From NCBI GenBank assembly GCA_951406725.2, contig OX597814.1, forward strand, positions 93,496,001-93,560,000: DNA of 64,000 bases, in the 5' to 3' direction. Below are positions 1 to 14,095 of this stretch, piece after piece (the stretch's first letter is position 1; each line of letters begins with the position of its first letter). The stretch is from Octopus vulgaris (taxonomy: Eukaryota). A program made the position numbers and the translations under genes. The notes beneath the pieces were generated by a model that saw only the letters and a program-made list of their open reading frames with translations, had not been told where the DNA came from and ran no database searches.

Positions 1-157
1 CTAACCTCATTATTAATCCTAACCCCGAAATCTATTTTCTCCTCCCACTACTCTCTATATAAACACCCTGCCTTAACTCCTCTACCTAATACACTTACTT
101 CTCCACAAAATAATTCCATCTTAAACTCCATTCTGTCAGCACCTCAAATGTAAAATT

Positions 158-250
158 CCTCCCTGAAGACGGAGGCTGGTGGTATCCGATGATGGAATCA
201 AGTTACAGTCATTATTTTAGATCACCAAGCCCCTAGAAACAGCTGTTGGT
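158..250 (+). ncRNA. Degenerate hammerhead ribozyme-like motif with long stem II (PLE-type terminus)
   Basis: CTGAAGA at 163-169. Imperfect extended stem II (ggaggctggtggtatc / gatcaccaagcccct). GAAA at 236-239, palindromic stem III A-CAGCTG-T, then U at position 17. Stem I is only about 2 bp. Confidence 0.45.
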
Positions 251-447
251 TTCATAAAACTCTTACTCTACCCTTTTAATTCCTGATATCATTTATATTC
301 TGCGTAAGTCGGACTGTTTTTTATGTCCATACATATGTACATGATTTGTATTAAATGCATTTAATATTTTTTATACATCGACTTGCCTAACTTGCTTGTC
401 CGTACATTTATTCCTCTAACTGCTCAAGTCAAATCTTTTGAGCACTC

Positions 448-542
<95 letters not shown>

Positions 543-596
543 ATCATATATATACATATGTATATGTATGTATATGCTCATATATATTTATATTAA

Positions 597-760
597 GGAG
601 AAATCCGTCGGTTACGACGATGAGTGTCCCAGCTGATACGATCAACGGAACAGCTTGCTCGTGAAATTAACGTGAAAGTGGCTGAGCACTCAACAGAGAC
701 GAGTACCATTAACGTAGTTCTTAGGGAGATTCAGCTTGACACAAAGTGAGACAAGGCTCG
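597..760 (+). mobile_element. Interspersed repeat fragment (SINE-like)
   Basis: The core gaaattaacgtg..gtggctgagcactc..cttaacgtagttc recurs as a decayed inverted copy at about 21100-21175. Confidence 0.5.
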
Positions 761-994
761 GGAACGACCTTAGAACTTTTTCTTGCAATATACATACATA
801 AACACACACACAAACAGACACACACACACACACACATACACATGCATACATACATATATGTATATGACTTAGTGTCTGTGTATTTTTTCATGGGTGTATA
901 CATACACACACACTTGAACAAATTTATACATCAACTAAAATAACTTAGTAAAACATCCAAGACTTAAATCCATCCATCCCTCCGTACATATATC

Positions 995-1094
<100 letters not shown>

Positions 1095-1541
1095 TCAAAG
1101 TCACTAAAAGAATTAATGTCCACCAATACACCACGAGTCAGGCGACTGATTTTCTGTTTAGATAAGATGAATTTATTTTGACTTTTCTTTGCAATATACT
1201 ATTAATGTTTAAGTACTTTTTTTAAAACGGAAACTATTTTATCTCTACAAGCATCACGCCTTCTTTGCACCTAATATAACAGCAGTTTACTATTTGCAGT
1301 TCATGCTTCTTGCACAAAATTCTCGAGTAAGTGTTTAGATTGGAATAATGTCATAGTTTGTAGTAGTTTAGGCTGTTTAAAGCTATGACTTTGATTCTAT
1401 TGCGTGGGTTAACTACAGTCGAAAATATCTGTCAATTCCTCTCCTAGAATTCTGTTTTTGATTTCTTCCTTTGCTTTTTTTTTCTTCTTCTTCAAGCATT
1501 CTTTTAACGGCAGCTATACATCGTAGGGGTAAAAACGAAAA

Positions 1542-1593
<52 letters not shown>

Positions 1594-2446
1594 TCTCTCT
1601 CTTTCTCTCTCTCTCTCTCACATACACACACAAACATATATACACACACATTCTCCCCCTTTCTCTCTCACACACACATGCAATAATTTTTTAACGCTAG
1701 AATATGATGAGAACCTGTAAATAAAAGAACATTATCAAAGGAGCTCCAGATGTGACAGTACAATCTCTTTTGCTTCTGGAAGTACGTTGTTTTTAATTCA
1801 TGCTTCTTTATTCAAAACGGTATAGTTTGATTTCAAGGTGATTGAGATGCTATATCTAGCAGATCGCACAATGCATATATGCTCCTTCGTTGATTCGTAA
1901 TGCGATGCAGAATCAGGGAATATGATTATCTGGTTTAACACACAGCTAACTTTTAATGACAATATGTAGCAATACAAGGTCACTATAAAATTCTTAAATT
2001 TTATATACTAAATTATGTTATAATTTCACTTCTATATCCAATAGAAGAAATCTGGATAGAACATTTACAAGCCTGATTTATCTAGTTTATCGATGTAAAT
2101 AAAAATATTTGATATTGTTTATTAGCGAAAGTACTTTAACGTAAAGCTGCGAACTGGCAGAATTCTTAGCATGCTAGACAAAATGATTAACAGCATTTCT
2201 TTCGGCTCTTTACGTTATGAACTCAGATGTTGCTGAATAAGTACCATTTCAGCATTGAGGTCAGTGTAATCGACTTGCCTCTTCCCTAAAAGCTGCTGTT
2301 GTGCTCAAACTGGAAAGAGTTAAGCAAAAGTAATAATAATAATTACTGTCGACTCTATTTTATGGATACACTTAAAGACTGATTATTGAATAAAACACCG
2401 ATCTATAGATGACTGGTGGGTTAGGATAGCTAATGTGACAAAACAG

Positions 2447-2565
2447 TGTCTCAAACATTTGTGGAAGAATTTTTCGTATAGTGTGTTTGTAAAGTTGAAA
2501 AACGAAAGCGCTTACACACAAAATACACACTATACAAAAAACTTCTTCCCCAAAGGTTTGTGACA
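2447..2565. repeat. Fold-back element (about 40-bp imperfect inverted repeat)
   Basis: tgtctcaaacatttgtggaagaatttttcgtatagtgtgt pairs with acacactatacaaaaaacttcttccccaaaggtttgtgaca. The spacer holds GAAA-GCGC-TT, which looks like an HHR 3' half. Confidence 0.6.
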
Positions 2566-4004
2566 GTCTACTTTATCAATAATTTAAAAAAATAGATTAT
2601 AACTTCTTTAAAATAAAAACACACACACAAACAACGGACTTCAGCTCTGTCTTGTCTACCAAACTTCATTTACAAATTAATAATCAATCCGAAGCTATGG
2701 TGAAAACAATATTGAGGTACGAGATGCTATGCCTGTGCCCAGGATGAAAAATTTTATTATTAATTCAATATTCTGCTATGGACTATAACTAGATCGTCGA
2801 ACAAAATGCATTTTTGTCCTTAGTTATGGCTCTTTATGTTCTGAGTTCAAATCCTATATTTATCTGTCTCGTTCGGGTTCAATAATTATAAAGTGCTTAT
2901 CAGATTTAGAAGATCGATGAATCGACTATGGCCGCTCTCATCAATATTTGTGGCTTGAAACCATTATTGATTATAGGATGTTTTCCAATATATGCGTTTG
3001 TGTATAAATGCGTGAGTATTTGTGGCTATATGTTTGCGTGTTTATATGTTTCTGTGTCTATGTATTTGTGTGTCTGTGTCTGTACTCGTGTGAAGTCCTG
3101 AATGTGTGTGCTTATGGGTATTTCAGTATATGTCTGTCTGAACATATTATTTAGAGCTTACGAAATTGTAAATGCACTGGTGTCCTTTTTTGTGCGGAGT
3201 ATGCTTTATTTTTAATCTATATGTCAGCATCAATAACGCTGCTGTTATTGCTGTTGCTGTTGTTATTGTTGTTGTTGTTGTTGTTGTTATTGTTGTTGTT
3301 GTTAAGCAACAAGACGGGTAAGGGTGATTAGGTGATGGTCTAGGGCTTAGGGGAGGGAGACACCAGACCTTGGAAAAAAAACTTTGGTCGTCTTGTTGTT
3401 GTCGAGGGCGCTTCGTTGACGCCCGACACCACTGGGAGGTGGCCCACGAAGTCGCTGGAAATGGAGATTTCCAGGTCCAAATTCTTGAACGGATGCTGTT
3501 GCTGTTGCTGTTTCTGTTTCCTTTTTAGCATCAAGTCGAACTAATGAATGATTAAGGCATTTAAGCCCAGACAATTAACAGAACAAGCAATTACTTAATC
3601 CTTTACCTGTCCAAAGCATTTTCATAATTTTGTCCTTATCGTCCATGCTTTTTGCTAGGACTTGTTTTAAATGTTCTGAAAATCATGAAGCTTTCTTTAC
3701 ATAAGTTCCAAGTTACTGTGATGGTTGAAAAAAATGTGTATGTGTATCATATGTGATGCATGGAGGCCAGGGTAATATTCCTGTGTATACACAGGACAGG
3801 CAAAGGGTAAAAGTAATGGTTTCCAAATTGTTCACCAAAGAACAATAGTGCGCTGCAAAGAGTAGACTTTCTGCGATTTAATTCAAGACTTCAGGAAATC
3901 TATACTAATTCTATATTGTTACTTAGCATCTTGAGAAAAACTGTTATAGTATTTCTTAAAAATACTAGATATGATTAATAAAAACAAAAAAGGCAAACGA
4001 TAAC

Positions 4005-4410
4005 TAATCATTAGTCTGCGCCCATGCTGGAGCACTACCTTTTTGAGTTTAGTCAACTAAATCGACTTCACTACTTAAGTTTCTTTAAAGCCTGGTACTT
4101 ATTCCTTCGCTACTTTTGTCGAGCCGCTAAGTTACAGAGACGTAAACAAACCAACCACGAGGTGTCAAGCGGTGGTGCAGGACAAACACACACAATCCTC
4201 CCCCCCTACTCTCTCTCTCATACACACACAAAAACGCACGAGCGCACACACATATACACACACATTCGATATACTTTTTTCAGTTACCGTCTATCAAATC
4301 CACTCACAAGGCTTGGTAGGGCCGGCGTTATAGTAGTGGACACTTGCCCAAGGTACCACTCAATTGTTGGGAAGCCAACTTCTTGCTAGAAAGTCGCACC
4401 TTCGCCTTTA
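4005..4410 (-). mobile_element. tRNA-derived SINE, family B (decayed)
   Basis: Reverse complement of the family at 5033-5465 and 27219-27690 (aaatccactcacaaggct, gacacttgcccaaggt, catgctggagcac). Confidence 0.75.
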
Positions 4411-5032
4411 CATATATTTACAAATTTCTATGTCTAAATTATCTTAAAACTTTTTAAAGAAATATTTTGGGAAAAAAAACTTTCCATGCAAACCTCGCTT
4501 GTAATTACGTTTGATAGTGTGTTTCAATGTCAAAAAGCTTTAAGACGACTAATTTTGAGACTCTCTTATTTCCTCGTGTCACTTTCTGCATGTTTCTATT
4601 CGTACTATCATAAAGAGACGGTGTTTGATTGTAAATTTATGCAAAAATACACGTACATTTGTTAACCATTTACCCAATATGCTTGAAACCAGACGTATTT
4701 CAAACAACGAATTTTGGGGATTTTGAAGTGATTATATATTTTCATGTTGGGTATTAGTCTCGAGTTTTGGGGATTTTGGAGTGATTGGGCAAGGTCTCGA
4801 ATTTTGGGGAATTTGAAGTGATTGCATATTTGCAGGTTGAGCACAGGTCTCAATTTTAAATGCATTTATCATTGACATGCCATGAAATAGCTTACACGTA
4901 TTATGTGAAGGTAGTTGTACATAATTTGTCGTTTATCCAATGTCACACATGTAACAGTATTTTTTTTGAAAGTTTCGTTTTTTATCAAAACAAATTTGTT
5001 TACAACGCCTTTCATTTCAGATTATTAACATC

Positions 5033-5465
5033 ATAGGCACAGGTGTGTCTGTGAGATAAGAAGCTCGTCTCCAAACCACATGGCTCCGGGTTTAGTCCCA
5101 ATACATGTCGGGCAAGTGTCATGTATTATAGTTTCGGGCCTACCAAAGCCTTTTGGGTGGATTTGGTTGACGGAAACTGAATGAAGCCCCAGGTGTGTAT
5201 GCGTATGTGTGTGTGTGTGCGCGAATCCGTGCGTGCGTGTGTGTGTATGTGTGCATCCTGCTCCGCTTGACAACTGGTGTTGGTGTGTGTATATCAGCCC
5301 GTAAACACAACTAACGGTTCGGCAAAACAGATCGAGGGAATAAGTACCAGGCATAAAAAATTATAAGTAGTGGGGTTGATTCATTCGGCTAAAAATTCTT
5401 CAGAGCAGTGCCTCAGCATGGTCGCAGTCTAATGATTGAAACAAATAAAACATAAATGATAAAAG
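5033..5465 (+). mobile_element. tRNA-derived SINE, family B, with internal (TG)n
   Basis: tRNA-like head (ggcacaggtgtg...gggtttagtccc), CORE-like gggcaagtgtc, internal TG tract, 3' cagcatggtcgcagtc..tgattgaaaca tail. Homologous to 22303-22611 and 27219-27690. Confidence 0.8.
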
Positions 5466-5481
5466 ATCATTAAACAGATAC

Positions 5482-5667
5482 ACAGTTCTATATTCAAGAG
5501 ATGAGGAGTTATGTACATTATTTACATTATTTACATTTGACAAATATTTGTCCTCATCTTGTTTATTGTTAACACAACGTTTCAGCTGATATACCCCCCA
5601 GCCTTCATCAGGTGTCTTGGCGAAATTTCGAACCTGGGTTCTCATTCCTAAGGTATTTATCGATGTC

Positions 5668-5752
<85 letters not shown>

Positions 5753-5821
5753 TCACTGCCTAGAATCAAACTCAGAATCATGGGGTTAGTAGCCCACGCT
5801 CTTAACCACTACGCCATATGC
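5482..5821 (-). mobile_element. SINE-like unit: tRNA-like head + (AAT)n + hammerhead-containing tail (complete copy)
   Basis: Minus strand: 73-nt tRNA-like head (5821-5749), (AAT)n, tail with HHR at 5616-5571, ending ...aatatagaactgt at 5482. Confidence 0.7.
5571..5616 (-). ncRNA. Minimal type-I hammerhead ribozyme
   Basis: Minus strand: GACAC-CUGAUGA-A-GGCUG-(10 nt)-CAGCU-GAAA-CG-UU|GUGUU. Stems I and II pair and stem III is the palindrome ACGU. Predicted cut between 5576 and 5575. Confidence 0.8.
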
Positions 5822-5896
5822 TCACAGGCATATGGTGTAGTGGTTAAGAGCGTGGGCTACTAACCCCATGATTCTGAGTTTGATTCTAGGCAGTGA

Positions 5897-5900
<4 letters not shown>
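5749..5900. repeat. Near-perfect 73-bp inverted repeat of a tRNA-derived (Pol III promoter-like) head
   Basis: Arms 5749-5821 and 5828-5900 differ at one position. A-box-like TGGTGTAGTGG, B-box-like GAGTTTGATTC, anticodon-loop-like CT-ACT-AA. Confidence 0.9.
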
Positions 5901-5968
<68 letters not shown>

Positions 5969-6032
5969 TAATAATAATAATAATAATGATAATAATAATG
6001 ATAATAATAATAATAATAATGATAATAATAAT

Positions 6033-6221
<189 letters not shown>

Positions 6222-6308
6222 AATAATAATAATAATAGTAATAATAACAACAACAACAACATTGAAAAATACCTTAGGAATGAGAACCCAGATTCAAAAT
6301 TTCCCCAA

Positions 6309-6354
6309 GACATCTGATGAAGGCTGGAGGGTATATCAGCCGAAAAGTTGTGTT
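6309..6354 (+). ncRNA. Minimal type-I hammerhead ribozyme (stem III palindrome broken)
   Basis: GACAU-CUGAUGA-A-GGCUG-(10 nt)-CAGCC-GAAA-AG-UU|GUGUU. Core intact. A C>A change turns ACGU into AAGU. Confidence 0.7.
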
Positions 6355-6496
6355 AACAATAAACAATATAAGGACAAATATCCGTCAAATGTAAATAATG
6401 TGAAAAGATACACGTCTCTTATTTTTTACACTTTTATTTTCTCTTTTTTCTAAAAATATTTTTGACCGCTTCCAGAAATTTCTCACTTTTATTTCT

Positions 6497-6752
6497 CTCG
6501 AAGCAATTCAGGAATTTCAAGGTTTTCGAATTTCTGATTATGAAGGTTTTCGAATTTCGTAATATGGTTTTCGAATTTCGGAATATGAAGGCTTTCGAAT
6601 TTGGGAATTTGAAGGTTTTCGAATTTCGGAATGTGCAGGTTTTTCGAATTTTGTAATTTGAAGGTTAATGAATTTCGGAATTTGACGGCTTTTGAATGTC
6701 AGCATTTGATGGTTTTCGAATTTCAGAACTTGAAGGTTTTCGAATTTCAAGA
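6497..6752. repeat. 24-bp minisatellite, about 10-11 copies
   Basis: Unit about gaaggttttcgaatttcggaattt. Gives the KVFEFRNM periodicity in the ORF track. Confidence 0.85.
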
Positions 6753-8729
6753 TTTCTGATAACGGAATGCCAACTGCATTTGTATAAAGCTTGTGTTGGT
6801 CACTTGCTGTTTAGAGAAGATTGTATGTGGCCTCTCGAGCTGATAGAATTAATAGCCGAAGCTCATTTAAATCCAAAACTAATCTAATACTACCGACGTA
6901 CAAAAAAAAAATACGAGACGGTCATGGCGTGAATGCTTAGTTAGGGGTGTGTTGGGTGGGAAGGTGAGTTTTTGGCTCGAAGACGATGACGACGATGATG
7001 ACGATGACGGCCACCACCACCACCACCACCACCACCACCACCACCACCACCACCACCACAACCGCCACCGCCGCCACCGCTAACAACAGTAGTAAGAATG
7101 CCTGTACCCGGTTGTATTACTTTCTAGCAACAGCAGCCAAATCTTTCTCCAATCACACTCTACAATCTTCTTTTAAAAAGGACTCATTGGATAATGCAGT
7201 CCTAAATGCATTTAATTTGAATAAAAGGTTGGGCAATAATAGCTGGAATACATTTGGTCGTTGGTCTGCTCGATCCAGCTATCCTGGAGCTAAACAACGG
7301 CAACAGCAGTAGTAACAACAACAACAATAGGAGCGTCAGCCACGACGACAGCAAGAAGGTTTTATATAATCATATGAAGCTTAACACAATTCATCAGGAT
7401 GAGAAGAAGGAATTCCCTGTCTCTCTCTCCTACCCTCTCCTCTCCTCTCCTCTTTTCTCTTCTTCTCTCTTTCTTTCCACACTCTTTCTCATTCGCGCTT
7501 ACATACATACATGCACACACCCGCACTAAAATAGGCCGTTATACGTCTAACTCTCAAATATGGTCACTAGAATTCCGTGAAAAAAAAATTACTTGATGAT
7601 GATGATTGTTATAAAGAAGCATAGTCATTATACATAGTGTGAAGTTTGCACAGAAAGGATGGAAGCATTCAGTATAAATGGTATATCTCCCAGAATTTGG
7701 CGTTTTATCCTCCACACTCTCTCAGTCTTTTATTTTTTGTGTGCATATATGTGTATATACAGATACACACACACATACACATATATAAATGTAAATGAAT
7801 AGTCATTTTTGTTCAATTCATGCTACGTACGTTTCGGCAGCTGGGGAATTTATTTACGCACCATATGTTACTTAATATAATCTGAAATTACATAACTTAC
7901 TTTACACAATATGCTTTATAACCATTTATCTCGGTTCAGGAATCTTGAACTGTTGGCAGTTAGATCGGTCCACAAGTAACTCATTCTACAAGAAAACCGA
8001 TCTCTAGCATTGCTCTTAATATTGGGATTACAACATTATTGTGGAACATGATGTTACTTAAATTTCAATTTCTTTAGTTTTCTATCATCGCTGTATCTTC
8101 GGGACCAAGCATAGTTCAGAAAATAAAAAGAGTAGGCCGAGTGAGAATATGTGATCATTATTTATTTAATTTTTGTTGAAAATTCCTTATTATTTAACAC
8201 GCTGATGATGTCATAAATAAGAATAGTATATTAATTTTCGTAGTTATGCATAAATTTCATAAGAGAGTTATTATAACCCAGTATTTTTGCAAAACTTAGA
8301 GAAATGTAATTGCCAATGAATATTTACAGCAGGATAACGAATTTGTAAAAAAAACAAAGCACCTTTTCATGAAGATAACCCATTCTGTCTCTATGTAACC
8401 CCCCCACACACACGCAACCATGCGATGGGCTTCCACACAATTCCCGTTCACCAAAACACTTATAAGGCATTGGTCAATTTTGGGCTATAGTAGAACGTAT
8501 TTACCCAAAGTACCGAAAAGCATATATATATAAGTTCGTTTCTGTTTTTGTTTTTATGTTTTCGTTTCTCATTGTGTTCAACATTTTTTTGATGTCTTGT
8601 ACCCATATATGCATGCATATATACATATACATGTAGGTATGTACATATATGTATGTATATATGCATATATTTATATATTATTTATATCATTATATGATCG
8701 AACACCACGCATCCTTTTCCAAGTAAGTT

Positions 8730-8819
<90 letters not shown>

Positions 8820-8850
8820 GTCTGTCTGTCTGTCTGTCTTCTGTCTCTCG

Positions 8851-8917
<67 letters not shown>

Positions 8918-9016
8918 AATATATATACAAATATATATGTATGTATGTATGTATATATTTATATACGCGTACATAAATACACTCACAGACATATACAGTT
9001 ATATACACACACATAC

Positions 9017-9047
<31 letters not shown>

Positions 9048-10289
9048 CGCGTGTGTGTGTGCGTATGTGCGCGCGTGAGCTCATGTGTATAAATTCGGAA
9101 TAGATCATCTGCTTGTGTATATACGAAAAAGTATACGATGGAAATTACGTAATACACCAAAGCGTATATGAATTAATTAGTTCTATACAAGAGCGTTTTT
9201 TGCTGTTGTTGTTGTTTTGCTTTACTCTAAGAAAAAAAAAATTGAATCTATAATTCCTGGAGGAGGCAAACTAATTAGACAAAATACTTTCAGAACAAGA
9301 CCTGAATCTTGTGTCTCTGAGTTTCTGTAAGTTTTTCTGTCTGTCTTTTTCTTTCTTTCTTTCTTTCTTTCTTTCTTTCGTTTTTCTTCCCTCCTTCCTT
9401 CCTTTCTTTTTTCTTCTTCCTTCCTTCCGTCCTTCATTCATTCATTCATTCCTTCCTTCCTTTCTGTCTTTCTTTCTTCATTCCTTTCTCTCTTTGCTTC
9501 CTCCTGCCCCCCCTCTCTTTCTCTCATATGTGTATGTATGTATACGTACATATTCATGTATATATGTTTGCCGGTATACATGTGTGTGTGTGTGTGTGTG
9601 AGTGTGTGCGTGCATGTATACAATTTGTGCTGAGACACGAATGCAGTCTGTTAGCAACATTGATTCATAATTTTCAGAGTATATTAATTTCTAACGTACA
9701 GGGATTCAAATTTAGAAAAGGAACTGTCGTCATTTAAATCGCTTCCAGTTTTGTACTGTTACTTTATTTTATCGAGCCGCCAGAGGATGAAAGACGAAGC
9801 CGACCTCGGCGGAATTCGAACTCAGAATACTTAACAGAACGTTACTAAATCCTGTGAAAAATTTCATGCGAAGCTCTGACAACCAATCCACCACCCACCT
9901 CGGTTCTGAATATATTCATAATATTCCATGTAGATCACTAGATTTCTGAACTCTACTACACAGCTTAGTACTACTATATTCAGTGTGTTTACATTTATGG
10001 TCATCCATATTTTTCCGTAGACATTTATAAATGTTCGTAGTTGTCCATTCCTAATATCGTATTGTTCGATTTAATAACGATATCCTACTTTCATTTCTAA
10101 CAAATGTACAATATCTTTCGTACCATGTAATTTAGTTTTCCAAATTTTGGTTATAACGTTCGACGAAGACAACAGCTGTAACAACACCAACCGTTATTTC
10201 CACCATCACCACCACCACCACCACAGCCGCCGCCGCCGCCATCATCATTATTAATACTACCCTTGTGCTAATATGGTTGTTGATGTTAT

Positions 10290-11562
10290 GCAACTCCAGG
10301 TTACCCCTGATTAGAAACTGTGACCAATGGTATCATAACCGCACCCGTTTTTCCCCATAATTTTAAGGAATACATACTACTACGTTATCCAATGTTTTTG
10401 CCTTATTTAAAACAGCAGGTTGCGATTTGAAAGAGATTTGGTTGCTATTTCTAGTGAACCAACTGACTACTAGGACACTCCCTCTGTTGCTAAATGGCAA
10501 TAGAATAAGTTAAGGGTGTATCTCAATTCTCCATAATGTATGTATGTATGCATATATGCATGTATTTATGTATGTATGTATGTATGTATGTATGTATGTA
10601 TGTATGTATGTATGTGTCTATCTGTTTGTCACTCATTCAATCTATCAACCAATCAATCAATCAATCGACCAACAAACAAACCTATCTATCTATCTATCCA
10701 TCTGTCTGTCTGTCTGTCTATGTCTATCTGTCGAAACATCTCTTCATGTGTGTGTGTGTGTATGTGTGTGTGTGTGGGCGCGCGTGTGTGTGAGTGTATG
10801 CATACACACATGTACACATATGTATTTTTGTATATATCTGTACTAATGAACTATATAACCTTACATGTGCCTATGTTAAAAATCAATATATGTAATAGTA
10901 GCGGCAGTTCTTTAGCTGTGTTTTGTTGTAATAATAACGTTGCTGTAATTGTTTTTGTTGTTTAGCCCCGGGCCAGTAAAGACTGAGCAGACCTATGATA
11001 AAACACATTCTCTGCCTAATCTTTCCATCTTTTTTTTTGTACATTCAGAATTATATTAATCGTCATATCCAGTCTGTTATTTCTGTAAAATTCAATTTTA
11101 ATTTAAATCTGTAGGTTGTGATTTGAGAGGGATATGTCTGCTATTTCTTGTTGATCGTGGAATTGCTTAAATTCCTATCTTTGGCTCGAGTAATAGTAAT
11201 AGTAGTAGCAGTAGTTGTTGTTGTTACTGCTGTTGTTTAACCCTAGTCAACCTTGATTGATTAAACTCATGATAAAAAGGCATTCCAACCATGGCTATCT
11301 TTTAAGGGTGCCTGGGATTACATTATCTAATGTGTACGTCACCATATTTTTAAGACAGCGGGGTTTAATTTGAGGTAGGTTTTAGTTGCTATATCTAACA
11401 AATCAGGTGACTCTGTAGAGGCTTCTTCACTGGGTCGTATAATGGTAGGAGTTAGTTGTATAATAGTGAATAGTAATAGTAGTAATAGCAGCAGCAGTCA
11501 TTGGAGGTTAGCGTTACTTGTGCATTAGCAGTGAAAACTCCTAACAATTTATTATTATTATT

Positions 11563-11593
<31 letters not shown>

Positions 11594-12400
11594 GTAGTAG
11601 TAGTAGTAGTGTTTCGATCTCTTGCGTATCATATATCTTTATTTACAACTGTTTTGCAAGTAGATCGCCTCCACCATTATATCGAAAAAGAGAGAAAGAA
11701 AAGGAAAAAGAAAATAGAAAGAAAAACTATCGTATCATCGTCTCTCTTCACTACAACCAGCAGCATCTGTATCAAAAGAGGATTGGCGACAAGCTAGAAA
11801 TAGCAGTCAAAATATCATTTTCAAATTACACTTTATAGTCTTTTGAAAAAAGTACGCATTGCAAGACGTAGTCATGTTAGAGCGCGTGTGTCATGTGGAT
11901 TACACTACAGATATACAGACACACACTGTCAGAATAATAATTTTTAAAAAGGAATGGCCACAGCTGCAATGGTCTTTCATAATAAGTCTGGTAGGTTAAG
12001 ACGGACGTGAGACTAAATACAATACCAACAGTAGGAATCTTAACTAAATAACCCCTCAAGGTTCACTTTAAGTTTAGAAGAAGAGGTATCAGATAATGTT
12101 GTCTAAAATACAGTCAGAAATTCAAATGTGGGGATGGTCACGACTGGAACACATTTGATCATAACTCTGTTGGGTCAGGACTTGGTCAAAACTACAAACA
12201 TGAACAAAGAAGGAGCCTTGACCTGTTACACAAAGCAGTAAAATCAACCTCAAACCACAGTCGTGTGTCTTATTAAAAGTACGCATCGAATAATGTCTCA
12301 CATAGATACTATGCCTCAATAAAATCACCACAGTGGATAGGTTTGCTTCGATCATACTTGACCTGGGGTTAAACAACAACCAGAACAACAAGTGTAACAT
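10290..12400. mobile_element. Cluster of about 5 old copies of an unassigned interspersed repeat
   Basis: Shared motifs (gacctatgat..aaaggcattcca..; acattatccaatg; gtgatttgagggagatttggctgctatttctag). + copies at about 10290-10490, 10960-11190, 11235-11440. Inverted copies at about 11770-11900 and 12020-12400. More copies near 7110-7310, 29900-30070, 31870-32070, 34480-34685, 55260-55430, 56800-57060. Confidence 0.6.
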
Positions 12401-12809
12401 CCTACTGAGGTCTTTTCGAGGAACGAAAAATTAAAACATCAGTCAAGTACTGGGTCTGGTTGATAACACAGCTAACTGTTGGTTCCTTCCAACATTTCTG
12501 GCCTTGTGCCTATAAAAAGAAAGTCATTATTTAAACGATTTTCATAATGTTTTACTCAATTCTATTTCATTGGTTTTGTTTTGTGTTGCTTTTGTGAATG
12601 TTTTTCACCGAATTCTGTCATCTGTCGCTCCCCATCCTCCATCCTTTCTCTTAGCAGACGATTTTTGTTTTTTAAATGAGGAACTAGCAGTGTCACCATT
12701 ACATCAGATGACGGAGAGAGAAAGAGGGAGGGAGAGAGATGGGAAGAGGAGAGTCAGAGTGACAGAGAAAGAAAAAGAGAAAGAGAGTGAGTAAGCGAGA
12801 CACCGTGAT

Positions 12810-12880
12810 ATGACGTCATTTAACAGTTCTGTCGCTTTACATTCTTCATCTTTCTAGTAAATGGCTTTCACAATGCAAAT
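12810..12880. promoter_or_regulatory. Candidate cis-regulatory motifs: CRE palindrome and octamer
   Basis: ATGACGTCAT at 12810-12819 and ATGCAAAT at 12873-12880, in a non-repeat, relatively CpG-rich stretch. Motif match only. Confidence 0.25.
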
Positions 12881-13101
12881 AAGCGTCAACGCACTCCTAC
12901 TCGTTCACACAATCATTCACTCACTCACTCACTCATTCACACACACACGCGTGCGCGCGCGAAGTGGCAGATACAACGCGTACACATGCTAGCTCAACAA
13001 GCTATGCGAGTCCATAAAAACTACGGTCACACATATGGATATGTTTTAGCGCATATACCGCGCACAAATTTATAAAAGGGTGTGTGTGTGTATCTGTTGA
13101 G

Positions 13102-13189
<88 letters not shown>

Positions 13190-13972
13190 AGTATCTATAC
13201 ATATAAATTTGACAAGGGCGATTCTTTCTTGTCTTGGGATTCACGGTCAAACGGCTGGGTGGAATTGCGCGAAAAATTACACAGACATGTAGAATGATCC
13301 GGTGGTGTGGTTGGGCTTTATATTTTTTCATATCTCCCATGGTTACCGAGATATTCTACTATAATAATACTCTTGTGTTTATGAATAAGAAAGGAAGGGG
13401 TGATAGATGAATAAGGAAGGAAGGGGTGATGTCATACTCGGTAGTGGGAGGATGAAAATAGTACGCTGAAAAAATAAATCAAACAGCGTTTCAACTCTGC
13501 GTGAATATATGTGTGTGTATGTAAAAGTATGTGTATGTGAATGTGTGTGTGTGTGCGTGTGTGTGTTTGTGTGTGTGTGTTTGTGTGTGTATGTGTGCGT
13601 GCGTGTACTTGTGCGCAGTGGAAGTGGGATTTTTTTGTGAAGTCTTTCTTTGTAGGCTTTCATTCAGTTATTTGTTTTTGAGTTTCAGATGACTTTTTTT
13701 TGTTTTTAAATTTTGTGTAATATTTCGCATTGAGGTTGAGGCATTTAACGTTTTCCAGTTATTATTTTTCTGTTGTTTTTTGACCTTTGAAAATTTAAAA
13801 GATTTTTTACCTATTTTTTATTTCTTTTAATTTTTGTTTTATTTTTATGTTTGTTTCTGTTGATTTATCCAGCTAAGTGTTTGTATTTTATTATGAAATT
13901 GGTAAGAAGCACATACATACATACATACATACATACATACATACATACATACATACATACATACATGCATAC

Positions 13973-14039
<67 letters not shown>

Positions 14040-14095
14040 CGTATATATACATGTATATATATATATATACATGCATATATATATACATGTATATG

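Noticed and set aside
3340-3540. GC-richer block as a coding exon
   Set aside because: No recognisable domain or convincing splice-site pair. More likely a repeat fragment.
5828-5900. Functional tRNA gene (Ser-like)
   Set aside because: Acceptor, anticodon and T stems pair poorly and the T-loop is TTTGATT. It is a tRNA-derived head.
7820-7850. Minus-strand GAAACGTA as a hammerhead half
   Set aside because: No CUGANGA box upstream and no fold-back context.
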